A stretch of 64,000 nucleotides of DNA from Octopus sinensis (Eukaryota), in assembly GCF_006345805.1 (NCBI RefSeq), contig NC_043005.1, positions 99,758,001 to 99,822,000 on the forward strand. The letters are read 5' to 3'. The notes below the pieces were generated by a model that was given only the letters and a program-made list of their open reading frames with translations, had not been told where the DNA came from and did no database searches. This document shows, in pieces, positions 1 to 12,829 of the stretch (positions within the stretch are counted from its first letter, which is position 1; each line of letters begins with the position of its first letter). A program made the position numbers and the translations under genes.

Positions 1-16
1 ATAGAGGAAATTTATC

Positions 17-106
17 TATAAAATAATATGTTACAATTATTCAATAGTCAAGATAAAACTCAGAGTTTATCTTGACTATTGAATAATTGTAACATATTAT
101 TTTATA
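17..106. repeat. Perfect 41-bp inverted repeat with 8-nt loop
   Basis: 17-57 (tataaaataatatgttacaattattcaatagtcaagataaa) is the exact reverse complement of 66-106; loop actcagag. Confidence 0.95.
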
Positions 107-157
107 TATATAAATATACACTGTTTTTTTTTGTTTTTGCTTTTCTATATGATTCAC

Positions 158-430
158 CATCATCATCATCATTTAATGTGTCTGGCTTCCATGCTGGCAT
201 GGGCTGGATAGTTTGATAGGAGATGGGCAGCCATGAGCCTGCACCTGACTTCTGGATCTGTTTCAGCACAGTTTTTACAGCTGAATGCCCTTCCTGACAC
301 CAACCACCCGGCAGAGTGGACAGAGTGCTTTCTATATGGAACCAGCACAGGAAAGGCCAGTTTTAGCATGGTTTTTCACAGCTGGATGCCCTTCCAGTTG
401 ACAACCACTTTACAGTGTGGACAGTGTATA
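158..430 (-). mobile_element. Old 3'-end fragment of the RTE LINE family ((GAT)n tail, degenerate)
   Basis: (CAT)n followed by ccatgctggcatgggctgga...cagctg(a/g)atgcccttcc, the same motif that ends the RTE copies at 40730-40895 and 41131-41300. Confidence 0.7.
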
Positions 431-669
431 TATGTATATATATGTATATATATATATATCTGGATGCAGGATCACCAAGCAACTTGCTAGACAAAAATTC
501 TTTGAGCAGAGTGGGGGGCACTGGAGGAAGAAGACAAAGATCCTTTTAGAGGAGAGGGGACATTATAGGAAGTGATTTTGTGTCAGGTGATGGAAGGTCC
601 AAGTGTGATGGAGAGACAGAGAGGCAGAAACGTGTGTCTTGTTGTACAGGAGGTACATGGTTACCGAAC

Positions 670-802
<133 letters not shown>

Positions 803-1882
803 GTTCAAGAATGAGGATGGGAACAAGTGTGCTGCTGTAAAGGAGATACATGGCTATCCAGCCTGAGGGAAGAGCAAGAGACAAAGAGAGACATTGGGAG
901 ACAAGAAGAGCACAAGAAAGAGCAGGAGAGAGATGGTAGTGCCAGGGCATACTCACAAGGAATGGGGATCAGAATATAAATTGGATGGTAGAGTAAAGGA
1001 AGAGAGAGAAAGATGGTGGCAAGTGCTAGGGCATACCCTCAAGGTATGGATGTCATAATATAATATAATTTGCTATGGAAGGGTATAGTTAACTACTGTA
1101 AACAGTGGGAACATAGTATTAGTAATGTGTAACACACAAGCATGTAGTGCCACATGGAAGGTATATGTTGTATGTTAAATTGTTCTCCATTGATGTAGAT
1201 GGTTACCTGTTGGGGACGAACCACAAAAAAAACTTCATGTGAGGTGGTCATGTTTGACTGCATATGAAATGACAGAAGAAGGAACATATGATGATATTTT
1301 ACAGAATGATTACTTTATGTAAATTAAAAGAGTGACATAAGAATAATGTGAACAGCAAAAATATTTCTGACGTAATTAAAATATTTTTTTCCAACTGAAA
1401 TACTGCTAAATATTACATAAGCAACATCTGGTATAGTTTTACCTGATGTATAGAAATACAGAGATACCTTAACTTATTGGTTCCTGACATGCAACTTAAC
1501 TAAAAAAAATGATGTAACACAAGAAAACATAAAAAAAATTATCAGCTTATATCTGTTTTAATAAATGGTTTGTACATATTTTCAAAGAGCACTCTATACA
1601 ATAATTTCATTATTATTATTGTTTGATTTTCCACTTCAGTATTGGATTTAAAAAAAAATTTTTCACTTCAAATATGTTCCACAAGACAGACATAATGTCA
1701 GATGAATCAACAGAAGCTGAGGTTTAATTTTCCATTTCTTTAATTTTCCATTTCTCTAAAAATCAATGTAAAGGCAAAAATGACATTACTCAAAAACGCC
1801 ACAAGTTGAGGTTTGCCTGTTTTAGGTTTGCGCGTTCGAAGATTGAGTATTTCCAGGAGTAGATTTACCAAACAACAAACAA

Positions 1883-2297
1883 CTCTTTTACTCGTTTCAG
1901 ACATTTGACTGTGGCCATGCTGGAGCACCACCTTTAGTCGAGGAAATCGACCCCAGGACTTATTCTTTGTAAGCCTAGTACTTATTCTATCGGTCTCTTT
2001 TGCTGAACTGCTAAGTGATGGGGGACATAAACACACCAGCATCGGTTGTCAAGCGATGTTGGCGGGGGGGACAAACACAGACACAGAAACATATACACAC
2101 ATACACACACACACACACACACACATATACATATATACGACGGGCTTCTTTCAGTTTCCGTCAACCAAATCCACTCATAATGCTTTGGTCAGCCCGAGGC
2201 TATAGTAGAAGACACTTGCCCAAGGTGCCACGCAGTGGGACTGAACCCGGAACCATGTGGTTGGTAAGCAAGCTACTCACCACACAGCCACTCCTGC
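1883..2297 (-). mobile_element. tRNA-derived SINE, family A (full length, internal (CA/TA)n)
   Basis: Minus strand: ggagtggctgtgtgg...ggttccgggttcagtcccactgcg (tRNA-like A/B boxes), body gagtggatttggttgacggaaactgaaagaagcccgtcg, tail gctccagcatggccacagtcaaatg; near-identical copy at 30510-30918. Confidence 0.85.
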
Positions 2298-2949
2298 ACC
2301 TATGATTAATAATTTCATTGTTGTTCCATTTCTGGACATAGAAAATTCTCTCCAGGTTTTGTTGTGTTCTGATATAACCTATTGAACTGATTTGTTTCAA
2401 ACTTATGTGGCTTTGAGTCTGCCAAATGATAAGTACGAAAAGTAAACATGCATAATATATTTAATGCCATTATCAATCAGTTATTCATTAATCACTGTAC
2501 AGTTGTTTATCAATCACTGTGGTTTTCAGTTTTTCCAGTTGGTTTTGAATATCATTATCAAAGTGCCCACTATCTTAAAAGAAAATTCAGAAGGAACCGG
2601 CTACTAGATGGACCAATTGATTTCCCATCTAAGTGTCCAGTTCTGATGATTGATCTGTACATTAGGGGTCATTCAGTCTTCCATTACAGTTTCATGTATT
2701 CCAACAAAGTGTGGATTACCATATCTCAAATCTCCATTCACCAGTTACAACCGAGTTAAGATAGAGTAGTGGTAGTGTTGCCAAGGTGATTAGGTTACCA
2801 GTGGAAACTGCTGTGCTGCTCTGATCTGGAAATAATGTTTCATCAGAAGCAAACTCTAGCATTTTTTTTGTTTTGTTTTGTAAAAGTATTCTGGTTTTAT
2901 TTAAGAAAAAGAAATCATATTCTAAGATTTCAGTCATCTTTTGTATTTT

Positions 2950-3350
2950 GTCTTCAATTTGTTTCAGTCATTGGACTGCAGCCATGTTGGAACACTGCCT
3001 TGAAAGGGTACAAGTTGAATGAATTAACCCCAGCACTTTTATTTAAAGCCTGATCTCATTTCCTGAATCACTATTCCATTAGTCAGTTTTGCTGAGCCTC
3101 TAAGTTACAGAAACATAAACAAATCAACACCATTTGTCAAGAAGTGGTGAGGGATAATCATACACACACACACACATAAACATACACACACATGCACTTG
3201 ATGGACTTCTTTCAGTTTCTGTCTCCCAAATCCATTCACCAGGCTTTGGGTGGCTTTGAGGTTATTATAGAAGACAATTGCCACACAATGGGACTGAACC
3301 TGGAACCATGTAGCTGGGAAGCGAACTCCTTACCACACAGCCACTCCTGC
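2950..3350 (-). mobile_element. SINE family A, diverged copy
   Basis: Co-linear homology with 1883-2297 (ccacacagccactcctgc head, cagccatgttggaacactgcc tail). Confidence 0.75.
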
Positions 3351-4395
3351 ATCTTATTGTTGAGCCTTAAAATTATTTTTGTTTTGAAATCTATTCTAGC
3401 TGATATCTCAATTTCCTAGAAAAATCCCCTTCAAATGCTTTATATTTATTTTAAATGAAACAAAATTTATTTAAACAAGATTTATTTTCATATATCTTGT
3501 TAAACAGTTGGGTGTCTTTCCTTACAGAAAATGCTAAATTATGGAGTTGGATTAAACTTATTGTTTTGGATTAATGACTCCAACGACAATGTAATTTACA
3601 ATATTCTTTGAACACACAAACTTTAATTTTCTACGCAACAGATAAAACTGTACCTAATGGCTGGTTAGATATTAATCTTCTATAAAAAGTTGAATCAGTG
3701 ATAATTAATGATGTGCAATATCAATTTCTAAACTTAAAAGTATGTTTCCACTAATTTCTACAACACAATTAATTTACACCGACACTGCTCATAAACCATT
3801 TGCTGTACGCCATAAATGTTTTCTCATCAATATAGTGGTAATGATGTATTTTGTTGAGGAGTCTGTATGAGAACTATTAAACATCATTAGACGTGTCTGT
3901 ATATCATTATATTGCATAGAATTTCTTCCCTCCATTATTTTGTAACACAGGAATCCTTTGCCATATCAAAGTTCACCTATTGTGGCTTATTACTTAAGCT
4001 TACACCGATTCCTCTGTGGTGTTGTTTTGCATTTATAATAAAATAAATATAAACAAATTATAAAAGTAATAAAAAAACTATACAATACAGTACTGTTTCT
4101 CTTTCAGGGATTTTCGCCTATCGCAGGAGATTTTCAAACATAACACCCACGATAGTTGAGGGATTATTGTAAATATAATACCTTTCTGAGGAACAAAATA
4201 CACTGAATTCAATGAAGACTTACGAATGCTTTAGTCAAGCACAAACGGATGAAACACAGAATCAACTCCTGTTTCATCGAAACACCTGACTTATAAAGCA
4301 CTGATCCAGGTAGAAATATATATAGATAGATATATATAAGTATGTATGTATGTATGTATGTATATATATATGTATGTATGTATGTATGTATATAT

Positions 4396-4430
<35 letters not shown>

Positions 4431-4554
4431 GTAAGTATGTATGTATGTATTTCTGTATATATATATATGTATGTATGTATGTATTTCTGTATATATATCT
4501 ATATATATATATAATACACACACTCACATGCACACACACACACACACATTCTCT

Positions 4555-4907
4555 TCTTGTTTTACTTGTTTCATGTTTCAGTCATTTGACTGTGGCCATG
4601 CTGGGGCACCGCTTTGAAGGGTTTTAGTCAAACAAATGGCCCGTAACTTTTCTAAGCCTGGTACTTATTCTATCCAACCCTCTGTTGCTGAACTGCTAAG
4701 TTATGGGGATGTAAACAAACCAACACTGGTTGTCACGTGGGAGTGGAAACAAACACAGGCATAAATAAATAAATAAATAATTACATAAATACATACATAC
4801 ATACATACACACATACATACATACATACATACATAAATACATACATACACACACACACATATATACATACATATATACATACATACACACACATATACAT
4901 ACATACA

Positions 4908-4943
<36 letters not shown>

Positions 4944-5092
4944 TATATATCTATATATATAAATGATGGGCTTCTTTCAGCTTCCATCTACCAAACAAAT
5001 CTACTCACAAGGGTTGGGTCACTCCAAGGTTATAAGAGAAGATGCTTGCCCGAGGTGCCATGCAAAGTGAATGAACCTGGAACCATGTGGTT
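4555..5092 (-). mobile_element. SINE family A with expanded (CATA)n centre, head partly truncated
   Basis: Homology to 1883-2297 on both sides of a microsatellite. Confidence 0.75.
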
Positions 5093-5460
5093 CAGATATA
5101 TATTTATATATGTATTAAAATATATTTGCCAACTAAGTGTTGCAGTCCAATAGAGGACGGCGTTACTGTTGTTTTCAGTCCCTGGAAGACATCTCCTCCA
5201 GCTGGCCAATGACACAGTCTGTGTCCGATTAATATTTGTGAGGGAGGTCCTTGCTTCCATCTCTAGCTTTACGTGATACACATAGATCCAAGTTTCTGAG
5301 TGTTTACCCGTCATGCACACATATATAAATATGTATACATATGTATATATTTCCATGTCTATATATATATATATTCATATAAAAAAGGATATGATCGTTA
5401 ATAAAAATATCGATCATATCAAGTGGCTAGCATGGGAATAAAAACCTTCAACGGTAATAA

Positions 5461-5703
5461 TTATTACTAAAATTATAATTATGGGTATCTAAACAATACC
5501 ATCATGCTAGATATAGCAGTCAAAACTTGACTCTAAGCCACAAAATAAACTGGCAAAAAAATTATTTTTTGTTAGTTTATTTTGTCTCTATGCCTTCTCT
5601 CCTGGTGCTGTATGAATATTTGATGTGGTTTTAGAGTCAGGTTTTGACTGCTATATCTAGCATGATGGTATCGTTTAGATACCCTTAATTATAATTTTAA
5701 TAA
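5461..5703. mobile_element. Foldback/MITE-like element with ~80-bp inverted arms
   Basis: 5461-5542 (ttattactaaaattataattatgggtatctaaacaataccatcatgctagatatagcagtcaaaacttgactctaagccaca) is near reverse-complementary to 5624-5703. Confidence 0.75.
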
Positions 5704-5786
5704 TATATATACATATATATATAACTAAACCATTTCACCTTTACACATAAACCCTCACTCACACACATGCATGCGTGAGAGTCTGT

Positions 5787-5822
<36 letters not shown>

Positions 5823-5951
5823 CATGCCGCATTCTACAAGACTTTGTGAATGCATATTGGTTGCACTGGTGAGTTACACTAAAACATTAACAGCTACTAA
5901 CTACATAGCTTACAACATAAATACACTCCATATACACACACATCTCTCTCT

Positions 5952-5995
<44 letters not shown>

Positions 5996-6193
5996 TGTAA
6001 GTATTACATCAGTTTTACTTACAGTGCTTAATAAAATGAAGTAGCATGAAGCAATTGTACTACACTACCTTGGATATCCTTGTTGCTTATTTTGATTATA
6101 ATCCCCCCATTTAATTTATATGGATAATACCATACAAAATTCTGGTGCCTTTAACTTAAGTGCCATATTCATCTGAATCTAAATTTTGCTGAA

Positions 6194-6233
<40 letters not shown>

Positions 6234-6954
6234 CATATGTATATATGTTTACATATCTTTCACAAAATTTCTTTCTCAAACTCAGTAAGAATTTAATAAA
6301 ACTAACATGTTTTCAAGAAATCTATTGGCAACAGAATTGCTGTTACATCTTTCACAATCAGATTATAGTCATTAAAAAAGCTATGGGCTTGTGTTTTCAG
6401 TGGACACTATTCATAAAACCCAGTTAGTCAGAGTGAATGACTTTCGAAGTAGCAGTAAAAACTCGAAAATATGTAATTTTGTATCTGCGATATTGATTCC
6501 ACAGACATTGTAATTATGGTAAGTGAGGTGATGAGGAACCATTAACTGAGATATCTCGACATTTCATCTTCATAAAATTAAAATTTCAAAAAAAATTATT
6601 TTCTTATAGAAAGTGCTTCATAAATGTGGAATGTAATTATGATGTGAGTGCATGTGTGTGTGTTTTATGTGAGTGCGCATGTGTGTGTGTGTGTGTGTGT
6701 GTATATTATATATATATATATATATATATGAGCAAGTCTATGTAACTTATAATTATATACACAAACACATGTGAGTGCCCGTGTATGCACACACACACAC
6801 ACACACACTTATGCACACATATACATTAACAAATTTATAATATATATAATAATTGTTATTTAGAGTATATATGATGCCACACATAAGAATCTACTCTTTC
6901 TCACATATATATATATACATATACATATACATTATATATATATATATATATGTA

Positions 6955-7278
6955 GGTCCCGGGTTGAGTCGGGGTTAACCACAGTAAATAAGGTACTCAA
7001 TACATAGCAGAGTAAATTAATTTATTTTATAGAAGGAGCTTCTACAGGACTAGAACTGTTTCATTCAAATGAGATCATCAGGAAGCTTGGTGTCAAAATA
7101 AGTTTTGGCATTTATACATTTAGGCAGGTTTAATGTGGTGGTGGTGGGGGACATTTTTGGGGTAAGCGGGGCACAAACTGTCTTCCTTAGGGGAGTGGTC
7201 AAAAGAATCAGTGATAAAGTAAATAAATGAATAAATAGAATAATAGAATAGAGTTTTAGGTAAATAAGAAGACTATCG

Positions 7279-7282
<4 letters not shown>
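6955..7282 (-). mobile_element. Penelope-like terminal (pLTR-type) fragment, left arm of inverted pair
   Basis: About 97% reverse-complement match to 8501-8762; contains a hammerhead motif; extends ~70 bp further than the right copy. Confidence 0.65.
7037..7087 (-). ncRNA. Type I hammerhead ribozyme motif
   Basis: Minus strand: agcuuc-CUGAUGA-ucucauuugaau-GAAA-cag uucuaguc cug-UA/gaagcu; stem I 6 bp, stem III 4 bp, GUA cleavage triplet. Confidence 0.75.
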
Positions 7283-7333
<51 letters not shown>

Positions 7334-7614
7334 ATATACATACATACACACACATACACATACATACACACACACACATATATATATACATACACACATA
7401 TATACAAATACACATACACATACATGCCAACACGCAAACACACGCACACATATATAAATAAATATACACACCCATACACACACACATATATATATATGTA
7501 TATATACATACACATTATATACATATATACACACATATATATATATATACATATATACACACACATACATATACACATACATACAAACACACACATATAT
7601 ACATATATATATAT

Positions 7615-7645
<31 letters not shown>

Positions 7646-7690
7646 CATACATATATACACATATATATATACACACATATATATATTTTT
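7283..7690. repeat. (TA)n/(CA)n/(CATA)n compound microsatellite
   Basis: Directly visible; source of the YI/HT/CV-rich pseudo-ORFs. Confidence 0.95.
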
Positions 7691-8051
7691 TCTCTCCTCA
7701 TCTTCCTCCCTTATTTTATTTTTATTTTTATTTTTATTTTGACCGTCTTTAGAATCATAAAAGGTATAATACATGACCCACCTACCCGCCAACACACATT
7801 TATAGTGGCGCTAGATTAGACAAACGCTAAAAGTTCTTAGAACTCCCCAGGGTTCCAGCAGGTCTACATGAAATCCATCTACCGCTCCCCTCTCCCTTCC
7901 TTTCTATCTCTTGACCCACGGATACATATGCCAACACTCACACACACACAAACACTCACACGCACACTCGTGCACATACACAAACACGCATGTTCTCTCA
8001 CTCATTTCCTTCTCATCCAATTTTACTTATGTATATATCTCTCTCTACAAG

Positions 8052-8101
<50 letters not shown>

Positions 8102-8454
8102 ATATTATATATATAATATATATACATATATACACATACATATACACACAGAGGTACACATATGCATACATACATAAATGTACCCACTTTCACATAAACG
8201 TATACATAACTATGTACACACAAAACCACATATATAAACGTACTTCAGTACAGGTAAACACACATAAATGTCTGCCCGCATATATAAACGCATATGCCTA
8301 TATACTGACATACGTGCATATAAACATACATATGCATATATACGCATCCATATGCTTATAAATACATACATGCACACATGCATGCATACACGTGCATAAA
8401 AGCATACCTACATATACATACCTACACACATATATACATACATGCACATGTGTG

Positions 8455-8496
<42 letters not shown>

Positions 8497-8500
8497 TATA

Positions 8501-8761
8501 TAAGCGATAGTCTTCTTATTTACCTAAAACTCTATTCTATTATTCTATTTATTCATTTATTTACTTTATCACTGATTCTTTTGATCACTCCCCTAAGAAA
8601 GACAGTTTGTGCCCTGCTTACCCCAAAAATGTCCCCCACCACCACCCCATTAAACCTGCCTAAATGTATAAATGCCAAAACTTATTTTGACAGCAAGCTT
8701 CCTGATGATTTCATTTGAATGAAACAGTTCTAGTCCTGTAGAAGCTCCTTCTATAAAATAA

Positions 8762-8762
<1 letters not shown>
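8501..8762 (+). mobile_element. Penelope-like terminal fragment, right arm of inverted pair
   Basis: Reverse complement of 7022-7282; ORF-track peptides 7065..7487(-) and 8392..8718(+) share SDSLLIYLK...KLPDD because of this duplication. Confidence 0.65.
8696..8746 (+). ncRNA. Type I hammerhead ribozyme motif
   Basis: agcuuc(8696-8701) CUGAUGA(8702-08) uuucauuugaau GAAA(8721-24) cag-loop-cug UA / gaagcu(8741-46). Confidence 0.8.
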
Positions 8763-8792
<30 letters not shown>

Positions 8793-9007
8793 TTTTTTTT
8801 CTCTCTCTATTCTATTTCATTCTCTCTCCTTTCTTTCAAACAGTGTAGGTGCAAAACGTAAAAGACTTTTCCATTCTTTCTGAGAGTTAAACTAATATAC
8901 CTGCTTGTTGTTCCTACACCTGTTTTTGTCTATACACACACACACATTTTCAGGATGAAATAAAAAGACAACAAACTGAAAATGTGACATACCTGTGTGT
9001 ATGTATG

Positions 9008-9100
<93 letters not shown>

Positions 9101-9570
9101 ATATAATAAAAAAATGCATAGTAAATAAGCATATGAATATATACTAAATACACAGATGAACAGAAAACAGAAGGTCACCAACTCCTCATCAGTTATCGGC
9201 CAGAGTGTCAAACTCAGTTTTGGCCATTATTGATAATATTGTTTCCAATCTGGATTCACTGGCAAGAACTTGCCAGGAATGGGACCAAAACAACAAGATG
9301 AGATGGGCTTGAGATGAGATATACATACATACATATATATATATATATAAAGTGTATATGCATATGTGCTTGTGTAACAATATTTGTTTGGTAGCATAAG
9401 TTATCAAGTTCTCAGTTCCATGCATAAACATACATGTACTTACATCATCATATTCCAAACCATTTTATGTCTCTTCCTCAATATTACCACTATTACTAGC
9501 AAAAAAGCAAAAATGACAAGTTAACAACAACATCAGCAACAGCAGCAATAATAATAATAAGAAGAAGAAG

Positions 9571-10052
9571 AATCCTTTCTAAAATAGGCACAAGGTTCGA
9601 AATTTGTGGGGAAGGGGTTAGTAGATCACATCAACCCCAATACTTGACTGGTACTTAGTTTATCGCCATTGAAAGTATTAAAGACAAAGTCGACCTTAAC
9701 AGAATTTGAACTCAGAATGTAAAGACAGGCAAAAATATTGCTAAGCATTTTACCTGGCATGTTAAATAATAATAATAAAAATAATAATAATAATGAGAAG
9801 AAGAAGAAGAAGAAGAAGAAGAGGAGGAGGAGGAAAAGAAGAAGAAGAGTCCATTCTATTACAGGCACAAGGCCTGTATTTTCTGGGGAGTGGGGACAGT
9901 CAATCACATCGACCCTGGTACTCAACTGGTACTTAATTTATTGACCCAAAAAGATGAAAGACAAAGTCGACCTCGGCAGAATTTGAACTCATAATGTAGA
10001 GACAGATGAAGTACTGGTAAGCATTTCACCTGTCATACTAATGATTCTGCCA
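9571..10052 (-). mobile_element. Two SINE family B copies separated by (AAT)n/(GAA)n
   Basis: Minus-strand body ttctgagttcaaattc...gtcgactttg..ttc; copies at 9571-9762 and 9850-10052. Confidence 0.8.
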
Positions 10053-10059
10053 ATGCTCT

Positions 10060-10598
10060 GAGGCAGTTCTAGGCAGTGGTACTCATGGCTTCTGATCGTA
10101 GCTGATTGGAAGTGCCTTGGTAAAAAAGATGAGCTACAGCAAATATTCTGCTCAATACCACAGATTTGCTTGTCAGTTGCTTGACCATAACCAGTTGAGC
10201 ATCTCCCTTAGTGGCTGACGATATGTGTATCTCTGATCAATAGCAGGAGTAGTTGGGGAGCATGTTGAGAAAAAAAATTTGAGGTTTGAATAAGCTATCT
10301 CTAAAACCATAGGTATTTCGTTCATCATCCTTAAAAAAAAAACCTTATTTCAGGGACCTATTGAGCAGGATGGGCTGCTCAACCTCAAGAAAATTTTAAC
10401 TGGTCCCCACCTGCAAGGTCATGAACTGTTTATCTTGATATGAGATCACCATGTCACGCACATATGGTTGTGATGCATGTGCCTGGTGTACCCTTATCAG
10501 ACGGGTAGTCATGATGGGTATACTGGGCTTCATATATTTAACCCTAGTGTCACTTTGATGACATGCAACTGCTCTCTCACTCAATAATAATAATAATA
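10060..10598 (+). mobile_element. Unclassified retroposon 3' region ending in (TAA)n
   Basis: Higher-GC, non-microsatellite block ending ctgctctctcactc-aataataataataataa; no ORF recognised. Confidence 0.4.
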
Positions 10599-10599
10599 A

Positions 10600-10985
10600 A
10601 AAGAATTCTTTTTAATTTTGGCACAAGGCCAGCAATTTTAAGGTGGGGAGGAAATTGATTACATCTCTCCAACTGCTCAATTGGTGCTTATTTTATCAAC
10701 CACTAAATGATAAAAATGAAAGTTGACCTCAGTGGTATTTGCACTCAGAATATAAGGAGCTTGAAAACATGCCACTAAGGAATTGTCTAGCTCCATAACA
10801 ATTCTGCCAGCTCACCACCTTTGGTTTCAAATTTTGACACAAGACCTACAATTCTGAGGGGAGGGTTTAGTTGATGTCATCAAACCCTGCACTTGACTTG
10901 TACTTCATTTTATTGACAGTGGAGAGATAAACAGAAAAGTAGATTTTAGTGCGACTTGAACTCAGAATGTAAAGAACTAGAAGAA
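10600..10985 (-). mobile_element. Two diverged SINE family B copies
   Basis: ggcacaaggccagcaatttt...gaaagttgacctcagtggtatttgcactcagaa motifs at 10600-10820 and 10822-10985. Confidence 0.7.
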
Positions 10986-11379
10986 AAACTGTAAAGTTTT
11001 TTTTTCTATATGCTGTAATATTTGTGCCAAAAAAAAAAAAAGATCTTACCAACAAATCTAAGACTGCAAGCAATTAGAAATGTTCTAAGGTTTACAAAGG
11101 TCACAATTCTTGACAAAAGCTGACCAGTACCCCCAGGTATATAGTGACAGCATTTGATAAAATAGCAGAAATAATTCCTGATCTGATACAAGAAATAAAA
11201 CAGCAAAAATAGCTGAGACACCTACTCTCCCCCCATGTATGTATACACACATGCAGACATGTGCGTACACACACAAACACATACAAAAGACTATTAAGTT
11301 ATATCTTGCTAGCCATATTTTATCCATATTTTATAATAGGATGGTTACTCACCAAGAGAGCAATAATATATTACCAGAG

Positions 11380-12170
11380 GACCAGAAAGGAATGCATAGC
11401 TTTGAAGAGCAGCTACTGGTGAATTGAGCTATTATAGAAGACAGCAAAATGAAGAAGGAAAAACCTTAACATGACCTGTGTTGATTACAGAAGGTATCTG
11501 ACAATAAACCATATTCATAGATAATGGAAACACAATGCACGATAAAATAGCTCCAATAATAACAAAATATATCAACCACGCTATGTCAAAGTGGGAAACA
11601 ATAATATCATTACTGAAGATAATCAAAACTGGATCTACAACCTTATGAAGAAGAATCTTTCAGTGAGACACATTATTCCCCAACCAACACTTTCACCTAA
11701 CTCTGACTCTATTAGTGAATCTGCGGAACAAAATCACTATTGGTTGGTTATTAGATGTTATTGAGAAACTCTAAACCATCTCCTCTATATGAATGACATG
11801 AGTTTGTTCACTGTCATGCTGGACATATCTGTCCAAACTGACAGGATCAAGGAAAACTGGCCAGACATTATTATCAGGGACTTAAGGGCTAAAGGAAAAC
11901 ATCTCAATCATTTCAAAATATCACTTGATAGAAAGCAACGAAAAGTATAAGAATCTTGAGATTGAAATTAGTTGGATGTGAATGCAATGTGAAGTAAAAA
12001 TAGTGTCATTGATAACCAGCTGAAGCAGTGGGTGTGATTAAAGAAATATGAATGAAAACAAGCATACCAGGGTAGGAATCAACATTTTACAGGCACAAAA
12101 CTAGTGCAGTTATGTACAGCCTACATCACGCATGAGACACTTTCAGCTTAATAGCACATCTGAAACAATA
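11380..12170 (+). pseudogene. Degenerate, internally deleted R4/Dong-like non-LTR retrotransposon (RT + restriction-like endonuclease remnants)
   Basis: Translated fragments DQKGMHSFEEQLLVN, NLNMTCVDYRK, IFQ*DTLFP, LNHLLYMNDM (RT motifs), then VQTDRIKENWPDIIIRD and KYKNLEIEI (RLE motifs). Confidence 0.7.
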
Positions 12171-12284
12171 CACTTTCTGAACAAGCTGCTCAATAAAATA
12201 ACACAACAGATACCCTATACTATTGCCACCCAATAAAATAACACATATCCTTATAAAATCCATATTTATCACTATAATGCCAAG

Positions 12285-12445
12285 GCAAGCTGGCAGAATC
12301 ATTGGTGTGTTGGGTGAAATGCTTAGTGGTATTTCATCCATCTTTACGTTCTGAGTTCAAATTTCACTGAGACAACTTATCCTTTTGGGGTCAATAAAAC
12401 AAGTACCAGTTGAGCACTGGGGTCGATATAAATGACCTAGCTTAC
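12285..12445 (+). mobile_element. SINE family B
   Basis: gctggcagaatc...ttctgagttcaaatttcactgag...ggggtcgat. Confidence 0.75.
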
Positions 12446-12829
12446 TCTTGAGTAAGAGCGTAAAAACTGCATCCCTCTGCGAAGCCATGTTGAGCCAGTG
12501 TGGCAGAATAGGCTCATCAAACCAGGGTGATTTCAAGCTCAAATTCATGGCCTCCACATCAGACCATGTTTGGTGGCCAGAACATGCTGAGGCCTTCATC
12601 TTGCAGTGGACTGAACACAGGCAATCCAATCCAATCCAATGTCAACAACTCACCTTCTACAAAATTGCTATTCACCCATTAATATATACCAAAACTCATA
12701 CAGCCCATAATCTCCAGAATCACCAGACAACACCACCGAGGCTCATAAAACACAACAAACTCAAAAAAACATCATCCAACAAAATAATATAACTCATTAT
12801 TTCATACTCTTTTGGTCATTATTCAACAT

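Noticed and set aside
6541-6560. Placeholder check for a gene around the strong GTAAGT donor at ~6519 (14-nt micro-exon candidate 6505-6518)
   Set aside because: Too short to evaluate, and no partner exons were identified.
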